DNA from: Malacoraja senta
Lineage: Eukaryota
Reading direction: 5' to 3'
DNA length: 64,000 bases
NCBI GenBank assembly: GCA_038087875.1
Contig: CM075990.1
Span: forward strand, 12,586,001 to 12,650,000
The translations under genes were made by a program, and so were the position numbers. The notes beneath the pieces are model-generated. The model saw only the letters and a program-made list of their open reading frames with translations, was not told the origin of the DNA and searched no databases. Positions 25,248 to 38,308 of the stretch are shown here, piece after piece (positions within the stretch are counted from its first letter, which is position 1; the number at the start of each line of letters is the position of its first letter).

Positions 25248-26674
25248 TTATTTATTTAGCGAATGCAAAGTCCTTTAGCCAAGCAGTTGCCTCTTGATCT
25301 GCTGTATGAAGGGTGACAAGTCCTCCTTTAAGTCTTTTTTGAGGGCATGCTTCAATGATGTGTTGCATTGTTTGCTGCTCTCCACAAGCACACCGTGGGG
25401 TTGGGCTGCTGCCCCATTTGTGAAGGCTGGCCAAGCAGGAGCCATGTCCAGTCCTGAATCTATTCAGCGTCGTCCACTGCTTCCTTGGGAGATTGGTGCC
25501 AGGGACCGGTAGGGTTGGGTCTGACACCAGATGTTTATTTGGGACGTCCTTGGACTCCCATTCCTTTTTCCAAGCTGATTGGGTGGTGAAATCAGCTGGT
25601 GGTGGGTTCTTCCAAATTGGTCGTCTAGATGGAAGTCGAGCAGTGGGTGGGTTGAAGATGTCCATGTGAATTGGCCAACAAGCTTACTGAGGAGATTGTT
25701 TCTGGACTTCACCTTAGCTGCTGTTCTTTTGAGATGTTCCTTGAAGGATAGGGTCCTGTCAAGGGTCACTCCGAGGTAGGTTGGAGTGGGGGCATACTTC
25801 AGTTTGGTCCTGCTCAGATAGATGTTTGGTTCTCTTGTGGCTTCTGCATTATGGAGGTGGAACACACTGGAGACCGTTTTTTCTGGGCTTGGTTTTAGGC
25901 GCCAGGTTTTGCAGTACTCGTCTAGTTTAGCAAGGTCTTCATTGAGCACCTGTTCCAATGTACCAAAATCTGGTGCTTGGAAGGCCAAACAGGTGTCATC
26001 TGCATAGATGAATTTGCGGGATTTGGTGGTGGGTAGGTCATTTATGTAAAGGTTGAACAAGGTTGGGGCTTAAACTGACCCTTGCGGGAGCCCATTCTTC
26101 TGTGTTCTCCATGCACTCCTGTTCTGTCCAAGGTGAACTCTGAACCTGCGGTTGGAGAGTAGAGATTTGATGGTTTCTGATGCCCAGGCAGGGAGTGCTT
26201 TGGTGAGTTTTAGGAGGAGGCCTTTGTGCCACACAGTGTCATAGGCTGCGGTGAGATCAAGGAACACTGCCCCGGTCTTCACTTTGTTCTCGAAGCCGTT
26301 TTCAATGCAGGTGGTTAGGGCCAGAACTTGTTCTCCTGTACTGCGGTGCTTGTGGAAACCTGCCTGGTCCACACTGAGAATCTCTTCTACTCCTGGAGAT
26401 ATACGTTGTAGTATAAGGCGTTCTAAGATTTTGAGTGGGACGCAGAGTAGAGAGATTGGGCGGTAGCTTGCTGGTAGTTTTTCGTCTTTGCCAGGTTTTG
26501 GTATAGCAATGACTTTTGCTGTCCGCCATATCTTTGGGATGGAGTTAGTCTGTATGGCCCTAGTGTAGAGTTGGGTCAGCCAGGTTAGAGCTCGGGGGCC
26601 CAGGTGTTTCATGAACTCTGGAGAGATGTTATCATAACCTGCTGCCTTTCCACATTTCAGGCCCTGCAGGACCT
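25248..26674 (-). mobile_element. RTEX/RTE-like LINE, 5'-truncated, with frameshift and internal deletion
   Basis: RT motifs SYRPISLL, FLDLTAAYD, GLPQGS, YADD, YLGV; C-terminal LNRFRTGHG...CACGE..TMQHI..CP; (TAAA)n tail; 12-bp TSD TATGAGAGGCAT at 25236-25247 and 26675-26686 inside a CR1 fragment. Confidence 0.85.
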
Positions 26675-27184
26675 TATGAGAGGCATAAATAGGGTAGACA
26701 CTCAGAACCTTTTTCCCAGGACGAAAAAAGTCAATTACTAGAGGGCAGAGCTTCAAGGTGAGAGAGTCAAAGTTGAAAGGAGACGTGCGGGGCAGAGAGT
26801 GGTGAGTGCCTGGAACGCACTGCCTGGGCTGGTGGTTGAGACAGATACAATAGTGGCATTTAAGACACTTTTGGATAGGCATGTGGATATGCAGAGAATA
26901 GAGGGATATGGATTTTGGGCAGGCAGATAAGAATTGGTTTAGGCATCATGTTCGGCACAGACATTGCTGGCTGAAAGATCTGTTCTTGTGCTGTACTTTT
27001 CTATGTGTAGGATAGAACTGCAGACGCTGGTTTTAATCGAAGGTAGACACAAATTGCTGGAGTAACTCAGCGGGGCAGGCGGCATCTCTGTAGAGAAGGA
27101 ATGGGTGATGTTTCGGGTCAAGTCCATTCTTCAGACTGCTTCAGATTGCAGACTATAGCTATGTGATATCAAATTGATGTGAGT

Positions 27185-27419
27185 GAGGTCTTCAGCCTGT
27201 GCCCCCAGAACTCACTGATTCAGGTTTAGTTTAGAGATACAGTGTGGAAACAGGCCCAGTCTGAAGAAGGGTCTCGACCCGAAACGTCACCCATTCCTTC
27301 TCTCCAGAGATGCTGCCTGTCCCGCTGAGTTACTCCAGCTTTTTGTGTCTGTCTTCTGTAATTTTCTGTGTTCCACAGCTCTTGGAGATTCTCAGTACAT
27401 CCTACGTTATTGTGGATAG
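27185..27419 (+). repeat. Left copy of a 235-bp direct repeat flanking the L1 (right copy 32674-32908)
   Basis: Colinear, about 8 substitutions between copies. Confidence 0.9.
27261..27288 (+). ncRNA. Minimal type-I hammerhead ribozyme-like motif of a Penelope-like repeat (representative; also 32750-32777 +, 15797-15824 -, 35310-35337 -, many degenerate copies)
   Basis: CTGAAGA-A-GGGT(CTCG)ACCC-GAAAC-GTC: hammerhead core, stem II and palindromic ACGT stem III. Confidence 0.6.
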
Positions 27420-30400
27420 ATTTGTTTTTAAAATTTTTTTTTAATATTTTATTTATTTGCAGTAAGTACATTACATTTTGATGGTACCTTTTTACAGGTT
27501 CCCAGAATTATTAAAACATTTTATGTACAACTTCTTTTTTTTTTTTTTTTTAGAAAGAAATGAGAAAGAAAGAAGTAGTGAAGAGTAAAGAAAAGTCTAG
27601 TGAGTGTGAGGTAAAGAAAAGAAATAAGTAAGAAAGTGAAGCAGAAAGGAGATTCTCCCTCGCCACAAGTCCATGCTTTTTTATGTTCTTAATCATTTTT
27701 CGCCCAAACCCAGAATTTTTTAATTTTACAATACTATTGCACCACATGAATCCACAAGGTCAATAAATGGAGACCAACTCGTTAAGAATTGGTCTTGTTT
27801 ATCTATTAGGAGGAGTCTCATTTCTTCCAAGTGGGCAGTTTCCAACATATTACCAATCCACATTTTGAGTGTTGGTATAGTAGCATTTTTCCAAAATTTA
27901 AGTATGTTTTTTTGCTGTTATTAAACCATAATTAAAAATTGAAATTTGGGATATATTTAATTTGTTTCCATCTCCTATTACTCCGAAGATAATCATTTCC
28001 ATATTAGGTTCCATTTTTATCTTAAATAAACTAGTAAATATATCAAATATATCACACCAAAATCCATGAAGTTTTGTGCAAGAAACGAAAGAATGTGTGA
28101 TATTGGCATTTTGAGAAAGACATTTATCACAGATGGGAGAAATATTTGAATACAATTTATTCAACCTAACTTTTGAATAATATAATCTATGTAATATTTT
28201 AAATTGAATTAAATTATGTCTAGCGTTAATCGAACATTTATGTATATATATCAAATACCTCTCCCATGTTTCTTTAGAAATTTTTGCCATTAATTCTTTT
28301 TCCCAGTCTTCTCTAATTGCCTCTGTTGATGGCAATTCTCTATTAAGAATACTATTATATAAATATGATATTAATTTTTGTGAGTCTGCCTTAATATTCA
28401 TTGCTTCTTCCAGTGGGTCTATCATTATGCTCTGTAGTCTTGGTATATATTTTTTTATAAAGTCACATATCTGTAAATATTTAAAGTATTGGTTATTATT
28501 CAGATTAAATTTTGATTTTAATTGTTGAAATGATAATAAATTTCCCATTTATACATGACACCCACCTTTTTAATTCCCAATCTTTCCCATTGTCTATATG
28601 TTTTATCCATAAAAGATGGTTTAAATACCGGATTATTCACTATTGGTGTTAATGATGATAAGTTCCTTAATTTTAAAGTTAATTTTATTTGTTTCCAAAT
28701 TCGAATTATATTATGTATAATTGGATTCTTCTTATATAATGTATTATTCAATTTTATCGGGGAAAAGAGGCTCGCTCCTAAATCGTACGGAAAACAATCC
28801 TCTTTCTCCATTCTTATCCATTCCATCTGTTGAGAAGGGCAGTCCAACCAATAAATGATATTCTTAATATGCACTGCCCAATAATAATATAAAAAATATT
28901 AAATATTAAACTTGCAGTGCAAGTCCCCCTACATCTTTAGGTTTACACAGATGATTTCTTTTAATTCTATGTGCTTTGTAGTCCCAAATAAAATTAGTAA
29001 TATTAGAGTCTAGTTTTTTAAAGAAATATTTTGGTATATATATTGGTGTGGATTGAAATAAATATATTATTTGTGGTAGAACTATCATTTTTATAGCATT
29101 TATTCTGCCAATTAATGATAGTGGGAGCGATTTCCAAAATTTAATCAGAGCATTCAATTTATTTAATAAAGGACTAAAATTAGCATTAAATAATGATTTA
29201 TATCTTCTAGTAACTTGAATACCTAAATATTTAAATTTTTCCGTTGCAATTTTAAATGGAAATTTTAATAGATGATTCGCTTTCTGGGGCTGTAATGACA
29301 TAATTTCACTTTTATTCCAATTTATTCTATATCCAGAAAAAGAGTCAAATTCCTCTATTACGTTTAGTAAATTCGGGAGACTCGTTTCTGAATTTCTAAT
29401 ATATAAAAGTATATCATCAGCATATAATGAAATTGTATTATTAGAGTCCTTATTATTATATCCCTGAATATTCGGATGTGTTCTTATCCTTTCAGCCAAA
29501 GGCTCTATCATAAGGGCAAATAGCAGGGGTGATAAAACACATCCCTGCCTATTGCCTCGTGATAATTGGAATTTTGGAGACAACATATTATTAGTTAATA
29601 TTCTTGCCATTGGTTTATCATATAATAATTTCACCCATCTAATAAAATTATCTCCCATATTAAATTTTTGGAGTACTAAATATAAATACTGCCACTCTAC
29701 CTGATCAAATGCTTTCTCTGCATCCAAAGATATAACTGATAAGTCTTCCTTTTCCACTTTATGTGAATACATTATGTTAAAAAGTCGTCTCAAATTATTA
29801 AATGATTGTCTTTTATGTATAAACCCCGTTTGGTCCGGGTTTATCAATCTATTAATATATTTACTCAATCTTCTTGCTAAAATCTTTGCTAAAAAATTTT
29901 GATCTGTATTTAAAAGTGATATAGCTCTATACGAGCCCGGATCTTCTAGATCTTTATCTTTTTTTGGTATAAGCGTAATTGTAGATTCTGCTAAAGTTTC
30001 TGGTAATTTATTTTTGGTAAAAGCATAAGTATATAATTTAAGTAATCGTGGGACCATTAACTCCTGAAATCTTTTATAGAATTCATTATCAAAACCATCG
30101 GGCCCTGGTGTCTTCCCGTTTTTCAGTTCTTTTATTGTTTCTCTTATTTCTTCACTTGTGATCTGAGCTCCTAATTCCTTTTGTTCTAAAATATCCAATT
30201 TTTGCAAATTACAATTATCTAAAACATTTATAATTTTATTGTCTTCTATTTTAGTTTTAGATGTATATAAATTTTGATAAAATTGAGCGAACCTTTTATT
30301 AATATCCTTAGGTAAAGTTAATAGTTCCCCGTTCTCTGATTTGATTTTAATAATTGTTTTTTCCTTTTCTTGCTTCTTCAATTGTCGTGCTAGAAGTTTA

Positions 30401-32673
30401 TGTGGTTTATCCCCAAATTCAAACTGTACTTGTTTTGTGATCTGAAATAATCTTATTACTCTTGCCGATAATATTCGATTAAGTTTAAATTTCAATAATG
30501 TAATCTTATTATGTTTATCTATAGTTGGGTCTTTTGCGTTACCTAATTCTAATAATTTAATTTCCTTTTCTAACGTCCATTGTTCTGTCCTGTTTTTTTT
30601 ATTTAGAAAACTTTGATACGAAATTATAACTCCACGGATGAATGCCTTAAAAGATTCCCATAATAGAGATGGTGAAATACCTGGTGTCTCGTTTGTCTCA
30701 AAAAAAAAATTCATTTGCTGTTTTAAATACTCGTAACCTTGTGAGTCATTAGCTATTTGTGTGTTAAATCTCCAAAAGGATTTTATACCTGGCATTCCCT
30801 CAAGTTTTAAAGTGATCGGAAATAATACTATTGTGGTATTTAGGATTAATCGTATATGGTATTAATTTTGTATCCACTAAGAAATAATCAATTCTTGAAT
30901 AAGTTTTGTGTACTGATGAGTAAAACGAGTATTCCCTTCCAGTTGGATTAGCTATTCTCCATACATCTGTTATATTAGTGTTTTTTATATATGTGTTTTA
31001 AGAATTCACTAGACTTGGATTTGACACTACCCTTCCTTAATGTTATTGATTTGTCTAAATATGAGTCTATAACACAGTTAAAGTCCCCCCCTAGTATTAC
31101 ATTTTGAAAATTATACTCATCTATTATATCCATAATTTTCTTTAAAAATTGCGGGTTATCAAAATTTGGAGCATAAATATTTATCAGAGTCAGTGGTGTA
31201 GAATAAATTTCTCCCGCCACTATCGTGTACCTTCCTTCTTTATCAGATATAGTGTTCTGTAATATAAATGGTATACCTTTCCGAATAATAATAGCCGTTC
31301 CTCTAGCTTTAGCAGTAAATGACGAGCAATAAGTTTGGCCTATCCAGTTTGCCCTTAGTCTCATCTGTGTTTGTAGTTTCGTATGCGTTTCTTGCAGAAA
31401 AGCTATGTCCACATTTAAAGATTTTAACTGGGCCATAATCTTGCCCCTTTTAATTGGATCATTCGCACCCCTAATATTCCAACTACAGAATGTGAATCTT
31501 CCATTCTTTTTTTCCTTATTATCCTGCATTGTAAATAGGTTTTGGTAATTTTGCTTCATGTGGTGTGGTTAAGTACCTCAGGCTTTTGGGTATGTGGGTA
31601 TCATCCCATACTTCTGATGTCATTTTACCTCTCCTCCGTATATTGAACCTCCATAAGAAAAAGAGAAAAGTGTGTGGAGAAATAGTGAAGAAAGAAAGAA
31701 AAGTTGTTAGATAAACTACATAAAAGTAAATACAAAAAAAAAAAGTGAGTTTAAGGTATCAAAAAGGTGATACCCTAAGTACAAGAAGCCATCTATGATG
31801 GCCAAAAATTTATTGACCTCCGTAGATGGAATTATACATTGAGTTCAGCCCCCTAAATACAATGTCATTTATAACTACATGCCGTTTCATCTAAATATAT
31901 CTTAATATATCTAAAAAAATAAAAATAAAAATAAAAATTTCATTAACAAAAAATTATCTGGTCAGGCCGAATAAAACAGAAAAAAAAGTTTCAACAATAG
32001 AAAGCTATCATCAATAGAAAGTTATCTTTACTCTTTCAAATATTCTCTTATTTACCCCGATTTTAAACCTTCTATGTTACTTGCTCGGTATCACATAGTC
32101 GTAGAATTGTAAAACATAAAAACACATGCCCTGTGCCTGTATCCGAATATATTCATCTGTTCCTTAATTACCAGCCTGTTTCAAGGGGTAAATTTCTTAT
32201 CTTAAATACAACCGACTTCGAGCCCAGACCTCTGGAACTTTTCCAAATCATTAACGCCTCTTTCTTCACACAGATTTATAATGTTATAATATTCTTATAC
32301 CCCTTTTCATTAATTGTAGTGTGTTAGTGTACATCCTAAATTATATTTAATTTCTTTTCAGCCTTATTAACATTATATATCTGTTAATAATATCATCTTT
32401 ATAGGCAGGCCCCTTATCCCCCAAAATCCATTAGATTAATACATTGGTTAATCATATTAATATAATGGCTTAACCATTAATTAGTAATATTAAGTTTAAA
32501 TAGTTAGTTAATTCTTTACATTACATATATACTATATTAATTAAAACATTTCTTAAGTCCATGATTTCCTTTGATTTTCTTTCAAATCTGATCGCGTTAC
32601 TTCAAAATGTCTTCCTTTCAATTATTTCTCTTCCTTTTATCCGTTCAAGGTTGAAACCAGGGCTTGGACAAGG
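27420..32673 (-). mobile_element. L1-clade LINE, ~5.2 kb (APE endonuclease plus RT ORF2, frameshifted)
   Basis: ORFs 30975-31559 (SWNIRG, LQETH, NIYAPN, GGDFN), 28906-30795 (PGPDGF, SLDAEKAFD, RQGC.LSP, YADD), 28518-28874 and 27898-28548; T-rich 3' end at 27420. Confidence 0.92.
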
Positions 32674-33170
32674 GAGGTCTTCAGCCTGTGCCCCCAGAAC
32701 TCACTGATTCAGTTTTAGTTTAGAGATACAGTGTGGAAACAGGCCCTGTCTGAAGAAGGGTCTCGACCCGAAACGTCACCCATTCCTTCTCTCCAGAGAT
32801 GCTGCCTGTCCCGCTGAGTTACTCCAGCATTTTGTGTTTGTCTTCTGTAATTTTCTGTGTTCCACAGCTCATGGAGATTCTCGGTACATCCTACCTTATT
32901 ATGGATAGTTGACTCAGATGGTACAGAATAGATTTACAGATTAATTCCTGGGCTCCAAGGGTTAAATTGTGGATCCCAATGCTTAAATTAGGAGAGATTA
33001 CACAAAAAAGATTAGGATGAATTTGGGCTGAATTCTCTAAAATTTGTTAGATCAAGAAGTGCAATTCTCAGATTGTTCCAGATTAAGAAGATACATAGAA
33101 ATTATTTCCACTAGTTGGGCAGTAGAAATAGAGAATTTAAGACAGGCCTTTGAGCAATGTTATAATGTTA

Positions 33171-33706
33171 AGGGGCTGTCCCACTTGGGCGACCTAATTG
33201 GCGAGTTTAGAAGAGTTTGAAAAAATGACATGTTGAAGACCTCCTTCGACTATGTTGAAGACCAGCTTCGACTATGTTGAAGACTATCTACGACTAGCTA
33301 CGGGAAAATTGGACACCGAATAGTGGAGAGTGAAGACAACCTCCTTCGATCTCCTTCGACCTCCCTTCGACCTCCATTCGACTATGATGAAGACTATCTA
33401 CGACTACCTTCGACTACCTTTGACTACCCTTGATTGCCTATGACTAACATGCCGACCTACTATGACCTACTACGACTAAACCTACAAGTAATAAAAGTAT
33501 CGATTTTTTCCATGGCGACCTTTTCTTACTCGCGGGCATTTTTTAACATATTGAAAAAAACGCCGCGACCTAGCTGAGGCCTCGAGTACGCGGAGACCAC
33601 TCTTGAGCATGAAGGAGAGTTACGAAGACCTCCTACGACCTTGTGTCGACCACGCTGCAAACCCGCCAGAACTCACGGATTAGGTCGCCCAATTGGGACA
33701 GGCCCT
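33171..33706. mobile_element. PIF/Harbinger-type MITE with CGACTA/CGACCT internal repeats
   Basis: TIR AGGGGCTGTCCCACTTGGGCGACCTAAT / ATTAGGTCGCCCAATTGGGACAGGCCCT; flanks TTA / TCA. Confidence 0.8.
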
Positions 33707-36543
33707 TCAGGAAATACATCCATGTATAGGGTGGGAGAATTCTGGAAGCATTATCTACAAGTTACACTTGTTACCAGTCCATTGTAAAGTGTCCCAAATC
33801 CTAATGTCTTGTGTCCATGTCCAACCACAGCTGCTGCCTGGCCTGCTGAGTTCCTAGAGCTTTGTTTTCAGTGAAGATCAATGTATTTCGTTAATCAACC
33901 AGGTTAAGGGAAAAGGTCGGAGGGCGGGGGGAGGAATTGAAAACAGAAAATGAAGACAGGACACTGTTGAGCAATGGACACACTGAGTTGTACGACAGAC
34001 TCAAGGGGCTGAATGGCTTCCTATTCGAGTGTACCTGCAACAGGGGCAAACACACTGTCCCGGCATTTTCACTGTTACTCGGCTATTCTGTTCCTTATCC
34101 CGGCATTATCACGGTTACTAAGCTATACCATTCCATATTTTTCATCAACTGTTCTTTTCTGTGGCCTGCTTTGGTGAGTTTGGTACTTCCATGCGAGATT
34201 GGGCAGGATTTACCATTGGTGAATGGGGACTTATAGACTCATTGCCTTATTATGCCGGGCAATATGATTACAGCTAACACCACCTGTGATGCAAGTTTGA
34301 AAATCAAGCACGCCCATGAATCTCTGACCCTTCTCCTGGTTTCTCACCACCATAAGATGCACAGTGGGGCAGGGGTTGAGAGACCTGACTACGGGTGCTG
34401 TCTGTACCGAGTTTGTACGCTCTCCCCGTGACCTGCGTGGGTTTCTCCGAGACTTTTGTTTTCCTCCCACATTCCAAAGCCATACAGGTTTGTAGGTTAA
34501 TTGGCTGGGTGTATGTGTAAATTGTCCCTAGTGTGTGTGGGATAGTGTTCATGTGCAGGAATAGTTGGTCGGTGCGGACCCGGTGGGCTGAAGGGCCTGT
34601 TTCCACGCTGTATCTCTAAACTAAAACTGAATCAGTGAGTTCTGGGGGAGGAGGCTGAGGATCTCACTCACATCCATTTGATATCACGTAGCTGTAGTCT
34701 GCATTATGTTGAAATGCAGCTGCTAAACCCCATCCTAATTGACCAAGGGTGAGCAGAGTGTTGGTACACCACAGAAGTATCTGCAAGTTCCTTTATGGTG
34801 CAACTTGCATAAAGAAATGATGGGAATTACTAAAGAAACAGAACATGATTTACTGGAGGTAAATCTCGTAATTGACTAATTCTGTACCTAGTTTGAACGT
34901 TCTCCCCGTGACCTGCGTGAGTTTTCTCCGAGAACTTCGGTTTCCTCCCACACTCCAAAGACGTACAGGTTTGTAGATTAATTGTCTTGGTATAAATGTA
35001 AAAATTGACCCTCGTGTAGGATAGTTAATGTGTGGGGATCACTGGTCAGTGCGGACTCAATGAGCCAAAGGACCTGTTTCCGCACTGTATCTCTAAACTA
35101 AACTAAGCTGCAGCATTTAGGTACAACCTTGTATTGAGTTCAAAGGTACCTTACACATATATGTAATATATACACTCTACCACTTGCTTTTATTAAATAA
35201 ATAAATCGATGCAATCAATTCAATATCACTTCTGTAATTACCAAAGGTAGACAAAAGTGCTGGAGAAACTCAGCGGGTGAGGCAGCATCTATGGAGCGAA
35301 AGAATAGGTGACGTTTCGGGTCGAGACCCTTCTTCAGACCAAATTACCAATCAGCTAACTATTTAAGTTAATATATAATTATAAATTGATTATGAATTTG
35401 CTGAGTCCTCTGTTTTCTTAAGTCTTTGAGTTTATTTTATTGTCACATGTACCGAAGTACAGTGAAGAGGACGTTCTCAGTTCCACGTACCAGTGGAAAC
35501 TGCAATTGACATCTTTGTATATTCAGTCCAGGTAACGAACGACAACTGCATTTGCCACTGCTTGCCTTCAAGGTTTGCAAGTATTTCCACCAGTTTGAAT
35601 CTGCAGGTCGCTGTGGAATGACACCTGAGATTTAGGGTATCATTATGGACCAAGCTGGTGCGATTCTTTGTCTGCTTTGTTTTGTACGTGTATACTGTAG
35701 TCCCTTAGCTCATTTGGAATCAGTTTCTTGCAACTTTCATAGTTGGCGTCTCACTACTTATTCAGGGGCAACTTTTAGACTTTAGACTTGCAGCATGGAA
35801 ACAGACCCTCTGGCCCACTGAGTATGCACTGATGAGCGATCACACCGTACACTAGTACTACCTGTACACCAGGGACAATTTACACAGAAGCCAATCCTGA
35901 CCTCAGGTGCTGTCTGCGTGGAGTTTGCACATTCTTCCAGTGATCACGTGGGTTCCTTCCGGGTGCTCCGGTTCCCTCCCACATCCCAAAGAAGTGCAAT
36001 TTCGTAGGTGAATTGGCCTCTGTAAAACGGCCCCTAATTTGTAGAGAGTGGATGAAAAATGGGATAACAGAATTAGTGTGAAGAGTTGATCAATGGTCGG
36101 CGTGGAGTCGATGGGCCAAAGGGCCTGCTTGCGTGCTGTATCTCCAAACTAAACTAAAAATAAATGCCTCATGATGCATAAGTGGCAGAAGCACACTGGT
36201 CACTGACTGTGGTGAAGAAGAGCATTTGATTTCATCATTTTGTTCTTTGAACACTCTAATTAAAGCAAGATTAAACTTAAATCAAATGTGCAAGTCTGGG
36301 ATTGATAGGAGGTTTCCTCTTTTACAAAATAAAACAATTAAGTGACTGGAACGTATCATCATCATCTTCGTTGAAAACATTAGCGACGCAGTGGTGCTGG
36401 ATTCCAACGGGAACGGTGACGGACACATCACTGTCCTCCAGTACTGCGACTTCCGCCGCTGGAAGTATAGGATTTTTGTGTGTGTGTGTGTGTGCTTTAT
36501 CATCATTCCTTACAATGCCGTGTACGACAGTGATCGCAACTTC

Positions 36544-38261
36544 TTTTTTTTTTTTTTAATAATATTTTTATTAGAAGCAAAGACATATTATGGTAAAAAC
36601 ATTTAATGTATATCAATCATACATTATTAATATTATCAATTGTGGATTGATTCTGCTTCTAGTTTTTTTTTATAGATGGAAAGTGAGAAAGAAAGAGAAG
36701 AAAAAAACCCACAAATGTCAAGATTTAAAAAAAGAGTGGAATGATTTACTAATAATACCTAATTGGAGATAAGTTCGTAGGTTATAAAGTATAACTTTTC
36801 ATCCAATCCTAAGTTCAAGCTTCAGTTAGGTTCCCGTGCCAAACCGATCTACCCCTTCAAATAGTCAATGAATGGATACCATATTCTAACAAAAAGTTCT
36901 TGTTTGTCCATTAAGACAAGTCTGATTCTTTCCAGGTGTAGGGTCTCCGACATTTCCATAATCCACATTTTAATTGTGGGGGTTATAGGGCCTTTCCAAA
37001 ATTTTAATATTAATTTTTTCCCAGTTATTATACTGTAGTCTAGGAAGTTTCTTTGGCTTGTTGTGAGTGTTAGACTTTGTTCTGATATTCCAAGTATTAT
37101 TAGTTTTGAGTCGGGATCTAATTTAGTATTGACAACTTCAGAAATTATTCTAAAAATATCAATCCAGAAATTTTTAATTTTTATACAATTTGCAAAAGTA
37201 TGTGTTAAGTTAGCCTCTAAATGCTGACATTTATCACAAATAGGAGAGATATGTGGGAAAATTCTATTTAGTTTTGCTTTAGAATAATGTAATCTGTGTA
37301 ATACTTTAAATTATATTAAAGCATGTCTGGCATTTAACGAGCATTGATGTATATATTGTAGACTTTTGTCCCAAATATCTTTCGTTATAGGTTGGCCTAG
37401 TTCATTTTCCCATGTGTGTCTATATGATTCCATCGATGGGACCTCATTATCTAAGAGGGTGTTATAAATATGTTATTAATTTTTCTGTATTAGAATGTTT
37501 ATTCAAACATTCGTCAAGGATTTCTGGTTCCCTAGTCCTATAATTTTGTGTATTGGATTTCACATAATCTCTAAGTTGTAGATATCTGAAAAAATTATTT
37601 GAGTGTAGTCCGTAGATGTGTTGTACCTCCTGAAATGAAAGAAAAGTGCCTTTCCTATAAAGATGTCCCATCTTTTTAATTCCATAATTGTTCCATTGTG
37701 TGAAACCTTTATCCAATATGGAAGGTTTAAATAAGGGATTGTTTACAATGGGAAAATAAAGTGATATATTATCCAATTTTAAAGCCTTTTTTAATTGTTT
37801 CCAGATTCGTATACCACTATGTATTATAGGGTTTTCCCTATAGGTTTTTTTGTGCAATTTTGTGAGAGCAAACATAATCGCACCAATTTCAAAAGGCAAA
37901 CAGTCTTCCTTTTCCATCCTTAGCCAATCTGGTTGCTCATCCATTTCTTCCAGCCAGAAATTCATGTTTTTAATATGGACTGCCCAAAAATAAAACAAAA
38001 AATTTGGCAAAGCTAATCCTCCATTTATCTTTGATTTACATAAATGTTTTTTTGCTTATTCTATAATCCCAGATGAAACTTGTAACAATAGAATCAACTT
38101 TTTTATTTTTTTATTTGGGGTATATGTCGGAATTGATTGAAATAGGTACAGTAATTGCGGTAAAAAAATCATTTTTATAGCATTAATTCTACCAAACATT
38201 GACATGGGAAGTGTTTTCCAATACTGAATATTCTTATGTAGTTTATTCAGTAAAGGTGGGA

Positions 38262-38308
<47 letters not shown>

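Noticed and set aside
33230-33490. Short interspaced repeats (CGACTA/CTTCGAC), superficially array-like
   Set aside because: Irregular MITE-internal repeats in a vertebrate intron; no constant repeat-spacer structure, so not CRISPR
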